Shown here piece by piece: positions 54,608-64,000 of a stretch of 64,000 nt of DNA. This DNA is from Clostridia bacterium (GTDB lineage: Bacteria > Bacillota > Clostridia > Oscillospirales > Acutalibacteraceae), in NCBI GenBank assembly GCA_017625835.1, contig JAGAKF010000057.1:14662-78661 (forward strand), written 5' to 3'. Both the position numbers and the translations under genes were made by a program. Position 1 is the first letter of the stretch. Each line of letters opens with the position of its first letter. The notes below the pieces were generated by a model. It saw nothing but the letters and a program-made list of their open reading frames with translations, was not told the origin of the DNA and did no database searches.

Positions 54608-55819
54608 ATGAAAGAGATTACAGGCGGAATATGCGCTGCTAAAGGATTCAAAGCAAACGGTATACATTGCGGAATCAGAAAGAACAAGACAAAGAGAGAC
54701 CTTTCTCTTATCACAAGTGACGTCAAGGCTGCAGCTGCAGCTGTTTATACAACAAATCTCGTTAAGGGCGCTCCCCTTACCGTTACGAAAAAACATATTG
54801 CTGACGGATACGCTCAGGCAGTTATCTGCAACAGCGGTAATGCAAACACCTGCAACGCAAACGGAATTGAGATTGCAGAGCAGATGAGCGAGCTTGTTGA
54901 AAAAGCAACAGGCATTTCAAAAGATGACGTTGTTATCGCTTCAACAGGTGTTATCGGTCAGGTGCTTGACATTACTCCTATTGCAAACGGAATGGACGAG
55001 CTTGCATCAGGCCTCGGCAACCACAGCGACTTTGCCGCTGAGGGCATTATGACAACTGACACAGTTAAGAAAGAAATCGCAATCAGCTTTGAAATTGACG
55101 GTGTTGAATGCAAAATCGGCGGTATTGCAAAGGGAAGCGGTATGATCCACCCGAATATGGCAACAATGCTTGTTTTCATCACAACTGACGTCGCTATCGC
55201 TCCCGAGCTTCTTCAGAAGGCTCTGAGCACAGATATCGCTTCAACATTCAATATGGTAAGCGTTGACGGCGACACTTCAACAAACGATATGGTAACAGTT
55301 CTTGCCAACGGTATGGCAGGCAATAAGATCATTGATAAAGAAGACGAGAATTTTGCAGAGTTCTGCAAGGCTCTCAACAGCGTAACAGTTTTTCTCTGCA
55401 GAAAGATTGCAGGCGATGGCGAAGGCGCAACCAAGCTTCTCGAATGTAAAGTAACAGGTGCGGCGGACGAAAAAACAGCAAAGACTGTTGCAAAGTCAGT
55501 TATCTGTTCTTCACTTCTCAAGGCTGCAATGTTCGGCGCTGACGCTAACTGGGGCCGTGTTCTCTGCGCTATCGGTTACAGCGGTGCTGACGTTGACGTT
55601 AACAAAATCGACGTAAGCTTCGAATCTTCAAAGGGCAGACTTGACGTTTGCGTAAATGGTGCAGGAATCGAATTTTCTGAAGAAAAAGCAAAGGAAATCC
55701 TTCTTGAAAAAGAAATTGATATCCTCGTTGAGCTCAATTCTGGCGATGCAGATGCAACTGCATGGGGTTGCGACCTCACATACGATTACGTTAAAATCAA
55801 CGGCGATTACAGAACCTAA
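54608..55819 (+). CDS. argJ: bifunctional ornithine acetyltransferase / N-acetylglutamate synthase
   Basis: Autoprocessing site PNMATML and the C-terminal YVKINGDYRT. Confidence 0.95.
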   Translation: MKEITGGICAAKGFKANGIHCGIRKNKTKRDLSLITSDVKAAAAAVYTTNLVKGAPLTVTKKHIADGYAQAVICNSGNANTCNANGIEIAEQMSELVEKATGISKDDVVIASTGVIGQVLDITPIANGMDELASGLGNHSDFAAEGIMTTDTVKKEIAISFEIDGVECKIGGIAKGSGMIHPNMATMLVFITTDVAIAPELLQKALSTDIASTFNMVSVDGDTSTNDMVTVLANGMAGNKIIDKEDENFAEFCKALNSVTVFLCRKIAGDGEGATKLLECKVTGAADEKTAKTVAKSVICSSLLKAAMFGADANWGRVLCAIGYSGADVDVNKIDVSFESSKGRLDVCVNGAGIEFSEEKAKEILLEKEIDILVELNSGDADATAWGCDLTYDYVKINGDYRT

Positions 55820-55831
55820 GGGGTGCTAAAA

Positions 55832-56722
55832 ATGAGAATTTCAAATCCGGACAGAGCTCACGTTCTTACTCACGCTCTGCCGTACATACAGAAATATGCA
55901 AATAAAATCCTCGTTGTCAAATACGGCGGAAACGCTATGATCAACGAAGACCTCAAGCAGTCCGTTATGAGCGACATCATCCTTCTTTCCACTGTCGGAA
56001 TCAAGGTTGTGCTTGTTCACGGCGGCGGTCCCGAAATTACGGATATGCTCGCAAAAATCGGCAAGGAGACAAAATTCGTAAACGGTCTTCGCGTTACGGA
56101 CAAGGAAACTGCAGAAATCGTGCAGATGGTTCTTGCAGGTAAGATCAACAAAAGCCTCGTAAGCCTCATTGAGTCCAAGGGCGGTAAGGCAATCGGTCTC
56201 AGCGGTGCTGACGGTCATATGATCATCGCAAAGCCACGCTGTGAGGAACTCGGCTTCGTCGGCGATATCGAAAAAGTTGACGTTACTCCGATTCTCGACA
56301 CTCTTTCAATGGGCTACATCCCCGTCGTTTCAACAGTCGGTTGCGACAAGCAGGGCAACGTTTACAACATCAATGCTGACACGGTTGCGGCAAAAATCGC
56401 AGGCGAGCTCAAGGCAGAAAGCCTTATTTCAATGACAGACATTGAGGGTATCCTCCGCGACAAAGATGATCCGTCATCTCTTATTTCAAGAATCTTTATC
56501 GAGGACGCTCCGAAGCTTACCGAAGAAGGAATTATTTCAGGCGGTATGATTCCGAAAGTTCAGTGCTGTGTTGACGCTATCAACTGGGGCGTGCGCAAGG
56601 TTTTCGTAATCGACGGCAGAGTTAAACATTCAATCATTATTGAAATTCTTACCGACGAAGGTATCGGCACGATGTTCGTCAAGGGCGAGGATTACAAGAA
56701 AAGACACCCGGAGGCAAAATAA
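55832..56722 (+). CDS. argB: acetylglutamate kinase
   Basis: VVKYGGNAM and VHGGGP motifs. The ATG at 55832 is preferred over the GTG at 55823. Confidence 0.95.
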   Translation: MRISNPDRAHVLTHALPYIQKYANKILVVKYGGNAMINEDLKQSVMSDIILLSTVGIKVVLVHGGGPEITDMLAKIGKETKFVNGLRVTDKETAEIVQMVLAGKINKSLVSLIESKGGKAIGLSGADGHMIIAKPRCEELGFVGDIEKVDVTPILDTLSMGYIPVVSTVGCDKQGNVYNINADTVAAKIAGELKAESLISMTDIEGILRDKDDPSSLISRIFIEDAPKLTEEGIISGGMIPKVQCCVDAINWGVRKVFVIDGRVKHSIIIEILTDEGIGTMFVKGEDYKKRHPEAK

Positions 56723-57889
56723 ATGAGCATTACAGCAAATGATAAACAATATATAGCCAACACCTATGCACGTTTCCCCGTTGAGCTTGTCAGCGGTAAG
56801 GGCGCAATCCTCAAGGATTCCGAGGGTAAGGAATACATCGACCTCGGCGCAGGAATCGCAGTTAACGTTTTCGGTGTTGCAGACGATGAGTGGTTGGCAG
56901 CGGTTACAAACCAGCTTTCAACTCTCACTCATACATCAAACCTCTACTTCACAGAGCCTTGCTCCACTCTTGCAAAGATGCTCTGCGAAAGAACAGGTAT
57001 GAAAAAGGCTTTCTTCGGCAACAGCGGTGCGGAAGCTAACGAATGCGCAATCAAGGTTGCACGCCGCTACGCTTTTGACAAGTACGGCGACGAAAGCCAT
57101 TCAACAATTATCACTCTTAAAAACAGCTTCCACGGCAGAACGATCGCAACTCTCACTGCAACAGGCCAAGACGGCTATCACACACATTTCGGTCCGTTCG
57201 TTGAAGGCTTTGTTTACGCTGAAGCAAACAACATCGAAAGCGTAAAGAAGCTTGCTGAGGAAAACAACTGCGTTGCAATTATGATGGAGCTCGTTCAGGG
57301 CGAAGGCGGCGTATGCAAGCTCGACAAGGAGTTTGTTGACGAAGTCAAGAAGCTTGCTGACGAGAAAGAAATGCTTATCATCATTGACGAGGTTCAGACA
57401 GGTAACGGCAGAACAGGTTCACTTTATACTTTCCAGCAGTATGACCTTATGCCCGACATCGTGACAACGGCAAAGGGCATTGGTGGCGGTCTTCCGATCG
57501 GTATTGCGATGCTCGGCGAAAAGGTTCAGGATGTTCTTGTTCCCGGTTCACACGGAACAACATTCGGAGGAAATCCTGTTTGCTGTGCAGGTGCATGCAA
57601 CATTCTTTCAAGAATCGACGATGAGCTTCTCAGCGAAGTAAGAGCAAAGTCAGCTTATATCTTCGAAGAATTTGAAGGAGCAAAGGGAGTTAAGGGTGTC
57701 AGCGGTCTCGGCCTTATGATCGGCATCGAAACAGAAAAGGACGCAAAGGAAATCGTTAAATCCTGCCTTGAAAAGGGTGTTCTTGTTCTTACGGCAAAGA
57801 CGAAGATCAGACTTCTTCCCCCGCTTAACATCAGCTGGGACGAGCTTAAAAAAGCTGTTGCAATTCTTAAGGAAACTATTGCAGAATAA
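56723..57889 (+). CDS. argD: acetylornithine aminotransferase
   Basis: Class III aminotransferase with DEVQTG and TTAKGIGGG (PLP Lys). Confidence 0.9.
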   Translation: MSITANDKQYIANTYARFPVELVSGKGAILKDSEGKEYIDLGAGIAVNVFGVADDEWLAAVTNQLSTLTHTSNLYFTEPCSTLAKMLCERTGMKKAFFGNSGAEANECAIKVARRYAFDKYGDESHSTIITLKNSFHGRTIATLTATGQDGYHTHFGPFVEGFVYAEANNIESVKKLAEENNCVAIMMELVQGEGGVCKLDKEFVDEVKKLADEKEMLIIIDEVQTGNGRTGSLYTFQQYDLMPDIVTTAKGIGGGLPIGIAMLGEKVQDVLVPGSHGTTFGGNPVCCAGACNILSRIDDELLSEVRAKSAYIFEEFEGAKGVKGVSGLGLMIGIETEKDAKEIVKSCLEKGVLVLTAKTKIRLLPPLNISWDELKKAVAILKETIAE

Positions 57890-57956
57890 TTCAATATTAA
57901 TACAAATAATAAAAGGGACGGTTTTTCCGTCCCTTAATTTTTTGTGAGGTGAATTT

Positions 57957-58937
57957 ATGTGCACTGCAATCAGCTTTAAAACAAAAAACCATTACTTCGG
58001 CAGAACACTCGACCTTGAATATCATTACAATGAAAGCGTAGTAATTACACCGAGGAATTTCCCGTTTGTCTTCACTAACAAATCCGAATCAAAGCATCAC
58101 CTTGCTTTAATCGGCATTGCAACGGTTATGGACTCCTATCCTCTTTACTACGAAGCGACGAACGAGGCAGGGCTGAGCATGGCAGGGCTTAACTTCCCGG
58201 GCAATGCAGTTTTTCATCCGATTGATAAAGATAAAGAAAACGTTGCTCCGTTCGAGTTTATACCGTACATTCTCACACAATGCAAAAGCGTTGATGAAGC
58301 AAAAATGTTGCTTACCAATATAAATTTAGCTGACATTGATTTTCGCCCTGATCTGAAAGCAGCGCCGCTTCATTGGATAATCTCGGATAAAAACGAAAGC
58401 ATAACCGTTGAGTCGGTAAAAGAGGGATTTAAAATATATGACAATCCCATCGGCGTGCTGACAAACAATCCACCGTTTGACTGGCATATGACAAACCTTG
58501 CTAATTACATCAACCTGACACCGGAAGAACCCGAGAACGCCTTTGCACCGTCGGAGGAAATCCGAACGTTTTCCAAGGGAATGGGTGCCGTCGGTCTGCC
58601 GGGAGACTTTTCTTCCGCTTCGCGGTTTGTGAGAGTTGCTTTTACAAAATTAAATTCAGTCTGCGGTGACGGTGAAGAAGAAAGCGTAAATCAGTTTTTC
58701 CGTATTCTCGGCACGGTTTTCAACGTGCGCGGTTCGGTGCGTCTTGCGGATAACAAATATCAGACAACCATTTACACCTCTTGCTGTAACACGGATAAAG
58801 GTATTTTTTATTACACAACTTACGAAAACCCACAGATATGTGTGATTGATATGCATAAGGAAAACCTTGACGGTGACCGGCTTTATGAGTATCCGCTTGA
58901 TCATACTTTAAAATTCCTGACAAATTCGGGGGTGTAG
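57957..58937 (+). CDS. choloylglycine hydrolase family Ntn hydrolase (bile salt hydrolase-like)
   Basis: MCTAISF with the Cys-2 nucleophile, 326 aa, conserved NLANY region. Confidence 0.8.
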   Translation: MCTAISFKTKNHYFGRTLDLEYHYNESVVITPRNFPFVFTNKSESKHHLALIGIATVMDSYPLYYEATNEAGLSMAGLNFPGNAVFHPIDKDKENVAPFEFIPYILTQCKSVDEAKMLLTNINLADIDFRPDLKAAPLHWIISDKNESITVESVKEGFKIYDNPIGVLTNNPPFDWHMTNLANYINLTPEEPENAFAPSEEIRTFSKGMGAVGLPGDFSSASRFVRVAFTKLNSVCGDGEEESVNQFFRILGTVFNVRGSVRLADNKYQTTIYTSCCNTDKGIFYYTTYENPQICVIDMHKENLDGDRLYEYPLDHTLKFLTNSGV

Positions 58938-58973
58938 GAATGTTTTGATTATAATTAATCTAAAATTAAGCAT

Positions 58974-59174
58974 AGCTCCCCTTGTCAGGGGAGCTGTCGA
59001 ACGAAGTGAGACGGAGGGGTAGTTAACTTTTCGTTATCTCTCCCTCCGTCAAAACCTCCGGTTTTGCCACCTCCCTCGTCAGAGGGAGGTTTGGCACCTG
59101 CTAAATCTAATAAGCCCGACAAATCCGAATGAAAAGTCGGATAATTCGCTGTTTTCGGTTCGGGAACCCGAACC
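58974..59174. repeat. GC-rich hairpin-dense intergenic element
   Basis: Perfect stems: agctcccc/ggggagct (58974-58995), gacggaggg/ccctccgtc (59010-59050), caaaacc/ggttttg (59050-59066), acctccctc/gagggaggt (59069-59090) and ggttcggg/cccgaacc (59157-59174). Confidence 0.6.
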
Positions 59175-59244
59175 CTGCGAACCATTGAGATTAAATTGTG
59201 TTCGCATGGGAACATATTATGTTTCCACAAAAAGAGTATACTCT

Positions 59245-59910
59245 TCAGTCTAAATTCTCCCAATACTTTATAAACCATCCGTTATCATGTCCAATGCAGA
59301 CTGTTTTTGATTCTTCTAATATATAAGAAAGATTCTCGCTGAAATTTTTAAATTTCTTAATTGTTTTTACTAAACTGATAAACACATAATACAACCCCAC
59401 CGTAATCAGCGTGATCAAGAGCGCAAAACCTGAAAACTCTTCAAATAATGCAACAAGAGAAACAACCGTCATAACAAGACAAACTGCAGCCATTGAAAAT
59501 AATGAAGCTGATGAAAATAGTAAAAGTTTCTTTTTATCTGCGCTTTGGTGATATTCATATGAAACTCTATTATTACCATTGACCTGCAATAAACTGAACA
59601 TAAAAATTGTGTAAAAATGATAATATCTTTCATTTATCGTAATACGTTTCGGTGCGTTTTTGATGTCGATATATAAATCAAAATTAATTAACAAGATTAA
59701 CTTAATCAAGATATTTCTTACACTATCGTTATCAAAATACTTCGCTATACACAAGCATACAGAATTATTTTCAGCTTTGAATATTCGCAACGTGTCATTT
59801 GCTTCGGCTTCTATCGTTTGCATACTGTTTGCTAAAACAATTTGCTGTCTATCCTGCCAATCAACAATAATATTATGTTTTGTACAATTGTTTATTGTAT
59901 AAGCTTTCAT
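59245..59910 (-). CDS. hypothetical membrane protein (AT-rich orphan)
   Basis: 221-aa ORF with three C-terminal TM helices. Visibly more AT-rich than its neighbours. Confidence 0.5.
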   Translation of the reverse strand: MKAYTINNCTKHNIIVDWQDRQQIVLANSMQTIEAEANDTLRIFKAENNSVCLCIAKYFDNDSVRNILIKLILLINFDLYIDIKNAPKRITINERYYHFYTIFMFSLLQVNGNNRVSYEYHQSADKKKLLLFSSASLFSMAAVCLVMTVVSLVALFEEFSGFALLITLITVGLYYVFISLVKTIKKFKNFSENLSYILEESKTVCIGHDNGWFIKYWENLD

Positions 59911-60109
59911 TGTCTTTACCTTCTAATACTTTTATCAATATAATTATACATTTTTTCCTAAATCAAGTCAATTAAAGCTACAGACAGGCAGAATACCTGT
60001 CCCCATAACCATTATTCGAGACAGGTATATAGGGCGGTAGCTTGCTGCCAGCTTCTGAATTCGGGCACAAAAAAAGACGGCGAAAATTCGCCGTCTTTCC
60101 TTAATAATT

Positions 60110-61981
60110 TTATCTTACGCTTTCGTAAAGCTCTACGAACTTACCTGCAACATTTGATGCTGTATGCTCACCGAAGGAGATAAGGCACCATGTGTCTGTG
60201 TCAAATTCGTCGTCTTTTTCGTCGTATTTCATACCTGCCATTACGAACTCCTGGTCAGGCTCGATGTAACCGATAGCGTCGTTTGCAAGGTCGAAGATGA
60301 TTGTGTTCTCGCCGAACATATCGCGGTAGCAATCATACTCAAAACCTTCAAGACCCTTACCGCCCTTAAGCATTTCGCCGTAGTGTTCACCCGGGCTGAT
60401 AAGAACTTTGAGTGAGTCGCCAAGCTCCATGTAACCGCACTCTGTTACTTCGTAGTACTTGCCTGTTGAGCTGTCGTAAAGGAAGAAGTAGTCTGTGATA
60501 CCTGACTTACCGATGATGTCAAGAAGAACGTTTGAAACCTCGATAACATACTGCATATGCTTGATGTTAAGAAGCGGCTTAACGGGCTCTTCCTCAACAG
60601 GTGTCCAGCCTTCGTACCATACTGTGTAGTTTTCCTGACCCTCGTACTTTGCAACGTCAAGGAAGTCGCCAAGCTCGAAGTTAAGAGCCTTACACTCAGC
60701 TTCTGTCAATTCCATACCAAGAAGGAAGTAACCGATTTCCCAACCATAACGTACAGCTTCTTCATATCTTGTAAGGTCAAGTCCGTCGTTTGAATAGTGA
60801 CGGTCGTATGTAATTGTACCTACCATACCCTGAATGAATATGAAATTGTAGCCTGCTGCGTTAAGAACTTCTTCCGTGTAAGGAATGAAGTCAGCAGAAA
60901 TAACTGTGTGGCCAAAACCTGAGTTTTCAGGATGAACGCCGAATGTTGCGATGATTGTGGGAGTTGCACCCTTCTTGTCAGGTGTGAACTCAAGACGGTA
61001 CATATTTCCATCGTAGTTATCGGGATATGTTCTGTCGCGAAGGTAATGGTCGCCGATATCCATTGTTGCGAGTGTAAGTTCGCCTGTCTTCATGTCTGCA
61101 GTTGCATCCTTGATTGACTTAGCTGTCTGGTCAATAATTGTCTGAAGGAACTTACGGTCAACACCGCTCTGAAGGTCAGCAAGACCGAGAGCACCGAGTG
61201 TGATGTTGTTAAGAACATTGTTTACTGTGTTGTCCCATACGCCCTGAAGGTCGATACCTGAGTGAGTATGAGTAACAGAAACGTTGATGCTTACGATATC
61301 GTTAGCCTCTGCAAAATCTGCAACAGCAGCACGGATAAGTCTTACGTCTGCATTTGCGATACCGATTGCGTCAAGAACACAGAAAGCAACCTTGCCTCTG
61401 CCTGAACCGTCATCAAGAACGATTGTACGAACCCAGAGACCGTCAAAAGTTTCTGTTGTTTCAGCCATAAGGCCGTAACCGCCCATTGTGTACGGAACTG
61501 TGCCGAAGTCATCGGGAAGGATTGATTCCTGAGCATAGCCGAGGCTCCATCTTGCACCTGCTGCAGGCTCATCAAGGAACTCGTCCATACCTGCATAGAA
61601 GTTGCCATACTCATCAATGTTGAAATCCTTGTAAGAATTCAACGCGGGAGTTGACGGAATGAAGAGGTTGAGAACTCGTCCTATTACTGTGATAAGAACG
61701 TTTGAAAGAGTGTTTACAACCTTTGCAATGCAGTTCATAAATACAGTCTTTGCGCTTGTTGATGAAAGAGCTTCGAAATCATCGCCGAACTTGTCCGCGA
61801 AGTCGGTAACGAAACCTAAAGCAGATTCAAAATCAATACCTGCGCCTGCAAGTGCATCGTTTACTGTTGTGTCGGTTACTGTTTCTTCAACAGTTGTCTC
61901 AGCAAAAGCCGGTACCGCAGCGGGAACCATAAGGCTCAAGCAAAGAATAACCGAGATAACAGAAAGAAGTAATTTTTTCAT
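60110..61981 (-). CDS. secreted hydrolase, neutral-ceramidase N-terminal-domain-like
   Basis: ATG at 61981 behind RBS AAAGGAGA. Signal peptide, and the motif VSVTHTHSG resembles the ceramidase zinc-site motif. A terminator follows. Confidence 0.4.
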   Translation of the reverse strand: MKKLLLSVISVILCLSLMVPAAVPAFAETTVEETVTDTTVNDALAGAGIDFESALGFVTDFADKFGDDFEALSSTSAKTVFMNCIAKVVNTLSNVLITVIGRVLNLFIPSTPALNSYKDFNIDEYGNFYAGMDEFLDEPAAGARWSLGYAQESILPDDFGTVPYTMGGYGLMAETTETFDGLWVRTIVLDDGSGRGKVAFCVLDAIGIANADVRLIRAAVADFAEANDIVSINVSVTHTHSGIDLQGVWDNTVNNVLNNITLGALGLADLQSGVDRKFLQTIIDQTAKSIKDATADMKTGELTLATMDIGDHYLRDRTYPDNYDGNMYRLEFTPDKKGATPTIIATFGVHPENSGFGHTVISADFIPYTEEVLNAAGYNFIFIQGMVGTITYDRHYSNDGLDLTRYEEAVRYGWEIGYFLLGMELTEAECKALNFELGDFLDVAKYEGQENYTVWYEGWTPVEEEPVKPLLNIKHMQYVIEVSNVLLDIIGKSGITDYFFLYDSSTGKYYEVTECGYMELGDSLKVLISPGEHYGEMLKGGKGLEGFEYDCYRDMFGENTIIFDLANDAIGYIEPDQEFVMAGMKYDEKDDEFDTDTWCLISFGEHTASNVAGKFVELYESVR

Positions 61982-62126
61982 AATGTATCTCCTTTCGATT
62001 CGAAGTATGACTAAACATACCATAGTAGGTTAATTATATCATATTTTTGTATTTTTACAATATAAAACAATGAAATAATTTTTTGTTTAAAATAACGAAA
62101 AGGAGGTTTAAAACCTCCTTTTAAAA

Positions 62127-63170
62127 TTATTTACCTATCATCATCTGCATCGCATTGAGCAGAATATAAACCAAAAGTGCATTTCTTCTTTTGCAGAAAG
62201 CAAAAAACAGCTTCCAATGAATCGGGAAATATCCGAATTCAAGGTTCTTATATGCCTTAACATACTGCTCGGAAGAAAGAATATTTTTAAGATTGCGGAT
62301 TCTCGTTTTATGAAATTCCTTATTGCAAAGCTCGTTAAGGCCAAGACCGATCATACTCAGGCAGATACGGTTATCAAGAGCCTTGTGAAAATCTTCGCCG
62401 AGTTCGTTTTCATTAAGATATTTTCTGATCCTCGAATAAAGCTCCGACCACTGTGAAAACAGCTTCGCTTTATAGCTCCTTGTAAGCGACGTTTCATTGT
62501 CCTTACGGTAATGGTTGTACGGTTTATCAATAAAACTGCACTTTTTTGCAAAACCGAAGTAGTACATATTGAAAAGCAGATCTTCAGTACCGATGATTTT
62601 CGTATCAACGAACTGAAGGTTGTTTTCTTTTATAAAGCTTGCTGTGTAAAGCTTACCCCACGCCGTTACGAGGGCGTCTGTGTTTTCAGGATTTCTCAGT
62701 TCTTCGCCCGTAAGCCCTGCAAGGCGACGGTGCAGGTCGCGTGTTTCTGCCTGGTCAAAAGTACGGTCACCGTCAAAAATTTTCTTTTCAACCGACTTCT
62801 CAGCAAACTCACGGACATAACCCCAAAGAACCGTATCCGAGCTGCTGTTTTGCGCAACGGTTACTACCGTTTCAATCGCTTCGGTATCCATCCAGTCGTC
62901 AGAATCGAGGAAAACGATGTAATCCCCTGTCGAAGCTTTGATTCCTGCATTTCTTGCGCCCGAAAGTCCTGTGTTTTTCTGAGTGATTATTTTTATCCGG
63001 CTGTCTTTCTTTGCATACTCTTCAAGAATTGCATAAGAGTTGTCGGGCGAGCCGTCATTGACACAGATTATTTCCAAATCTGCATACGTTTGATTCACAA
63101 TACTGTCAAGACACTTCGGCAGGTATTTTTCAACATTATAAACGGGAATAATAACGCTGACCGATTTCAT
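62127..63170 (-). CDS. family 2 glycosyltransferase
   Basis: VSVIIPVYNVEKYLPKCLDSIVNQTY...DGSPD...DSDD motifs. Confidence 0.85.
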   Translation of the reverse strand: MKSVSVIIPVYNVEKYLPKCLDSIVNQTYADLEIICVNDGSPDNSYAILEEYAKKDSRIKIITQKNTGLSGARNAGIKASTGDYIVFLDSDDWMDTEAIETVVTVAQNSSSDTVLWGYVREFAEKSVEKKIFDGDRTFDQAETRDLHRRLAGLTGEELRNPENTDALVTAWGKLYTASFIKENNLQFVDTKIIGTEDLLFNMYYFGFAKKCSFIDKPYNHYRKDNETSLTRSYKAKLFSQWSELYSRIRKYLNENELGEDFHKALDNRICLSMIGLGLNELCNKEFHKTRIRNLKNILSSEQYVKAYKNLEFGYFPIHWKLFFAFCKRRNALLVYILLNAMQMMIGK

Positions 63171-63182
63171 AAGCAACGTCCT

Positions 63183-63683
63183 TTAATCTTTATTTTTTCT
63201 GAAAATCAACAACTTACTGAAAACATAATTAAGAAGAACGACGATAACGGCAAGAATAGCTTTAATGATATATTCACCGCCGACAGGTCCTATCGTAAGA
63301 GGCACATCAAGGTGAAGCCATTTGATCATAACAAGAATTCCCACTTCCTCAACCCCGAGAGTAAGCAATCTTGCGCCCGTGAAAGACGGAATCTCTTTTG
63401 CAAGAACGCTTGGCGCCCAGCTTTTACTTTCAAAGACAAAAAACTTGTTTGTAACATAAGCAAAAACGACAGCAACCACCCAAGCGATTATGTTGGAAAT
63501 CATAATATCAACAAACTTATTGAAAATCGCGAGAGAAACTAGATTCACGACAGTCGTCATAACTCCGAAGAAAAGATATAAAAAGACTTCCTTTGAAAGC
63601 ACTTTCTCAATAAGATTCATCAGCTTTTCATTTTTGATGAACTTTCTGCAAATTGCGTGAATTTTTTCAAATAACTTATCCAT
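63183..63683 (-). CDS. GtrA family membrane protein
   Basis: Four TM helices, ends ...NYVFSKLLIFRK, and lies directly upstream of the GT2 gene. Confidence 0.75.
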   Translation of the reverse strand: MDKLFEKIHAICRKFIKNEKLMNLIEKVLSKEVFLYLFFGVMTTVVNLVSLAIFNKFVDIMISNIIAWVVAVVFAYVTNKFFVFESKSWAPSVLAKEIPSFTGARLLTLGVEEVGILVMIKWLHLDVPLTIGPVGGEYIIKAILAVIVVLLNYVFSKLLIFRKNKD

Positions 63684-63841
63684 AAAAACTCCCATAAAAA
63701 TCAAAATCAGAAAATATACAAACTTCTAAAATTATAATACCGCATTGAATTTCTGTCAAGCAAATAGGCTCTTGCATTTTTTTCTAAGTGTGTTAGAATA
63801 CTATATTAGTTAATGAAACATCATAAAAGGAGGCGAAAAGA

Positions 63842-64000
63842 ATGTCAGCAAGAGTTGAAAGAGCAGTGGAGCTTTTCAAGAGTGGATTTAACTGTTCACA
63901 GGCTGTTTTTGCCGCCTTTGCAGGCGAATTTGGAATGGACGAAGAAACAGCGCTCAAGGTTTCGGCAGGTCTTGGCGGAGGTGTCGGCCGTTCACGCGAA
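63842..64000 (+). CDS. C_GCAxxG_C_C family protein, 3' end outside the window
   Basis: RBS AAAGGAGG. MSARVERAVELFKSGFNCSQAVFAAFAGEFGMDEETALKVSAGLGGGVG is the family signature. Confidence 0.75.
   Translation, partial: MSARVERAVELFKSGFNCSQAVFAAFAGEFGMDEETALKVSAGLGGGVGRSRE

Noticed and set aside
58985-59278. 97-aa ORF across the second GC-rich element
   Set aside because: Same reasoning: it consists of translated palindromes (PPSDEGGGKTGGFDGG) and has no RBS.
62511-63542. 343-aa plus-strand ORF
   Set aside because: It is entirely antisense to the well-supported GT2 and GtrA genes. It has a low-complexity Cys/Phe/Arg-rich composition and no motifs.

Overview
64-kb chromosomal segment of a low-GC Gram-positive anaerobe. 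Gene content and protein sequences look like Clostridia, perhaps Oscillospiraceae/Ruminococcus, but that is inference only. The left ~19 kb is accessory DNA lying against tRNA-Ser(GGA) (19220-19311, minus). A 15/16-nt direct copy of the tRNA 3' end at 1573-1588 gives a candidate ~17.6-kb composite island made of three parts. (a) A 1-kb cassette sits between two 32-bp direct repeats and holds an orphan Avd-like four-helix-bundle gene plus a very acidic 112-aa ORF, behind a consensus promoter preceded by a 3+3 array of a 14-bp motif. (b) Decayed remnants of a Firmicutes conjugative element include a truncated PrgI fused to a serine-recombinase tail, a VirB6-like protein, Maff2, SLOG/YpsA, XRE, and chimeric TnpV/giant-protein fragments. 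No relaxase, VirB4, coupling protein or integrase is present. (c) An apparently complete Gram-positive Tad/Flp-type pilus module is headed by ParB-like and SpoVG-like genes. It runs through four tandem 88-aa long-leader pilin paralogs, prepilin peptidase, CpaB, TadZ-like ATPase, CpaF/TadA, TadB, TadC and two pseudopilins. It ends with a membrane-tethered Cys-rich protein and a C-terminally truncated Listeria-Bacteroides-repeat surface protein. The right ~45 kb is mostly core: nrdR, groES-groEL with CIRCE, an ECF sigma module, nagB, three acyl-CoA synthetase paralogs, trmL, lexA with a palindromic box, argCJBD, a BSH-like Ntn hydrolase, and GT2/GtrA. Items in the core that deserve a second look are listed here. 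First, a tightly packed operon encodes GH38 mannosidase, PMI, an FGGY-type kinase, an eliminase-type glycyl radical enzyme of unknown specificity, and a short activase. Second, one ORF fuses a beta-lactamase-family serine hydrolase to a dUTPase. Third, an overlapping AKR-FeS / ECF-S / DUF1893 / MIF-tautomerase operon. Fourth, two GC-rich hairpin-dense intergenic elements. No CRISPR array, rRNA or prophage structural genes were seen.
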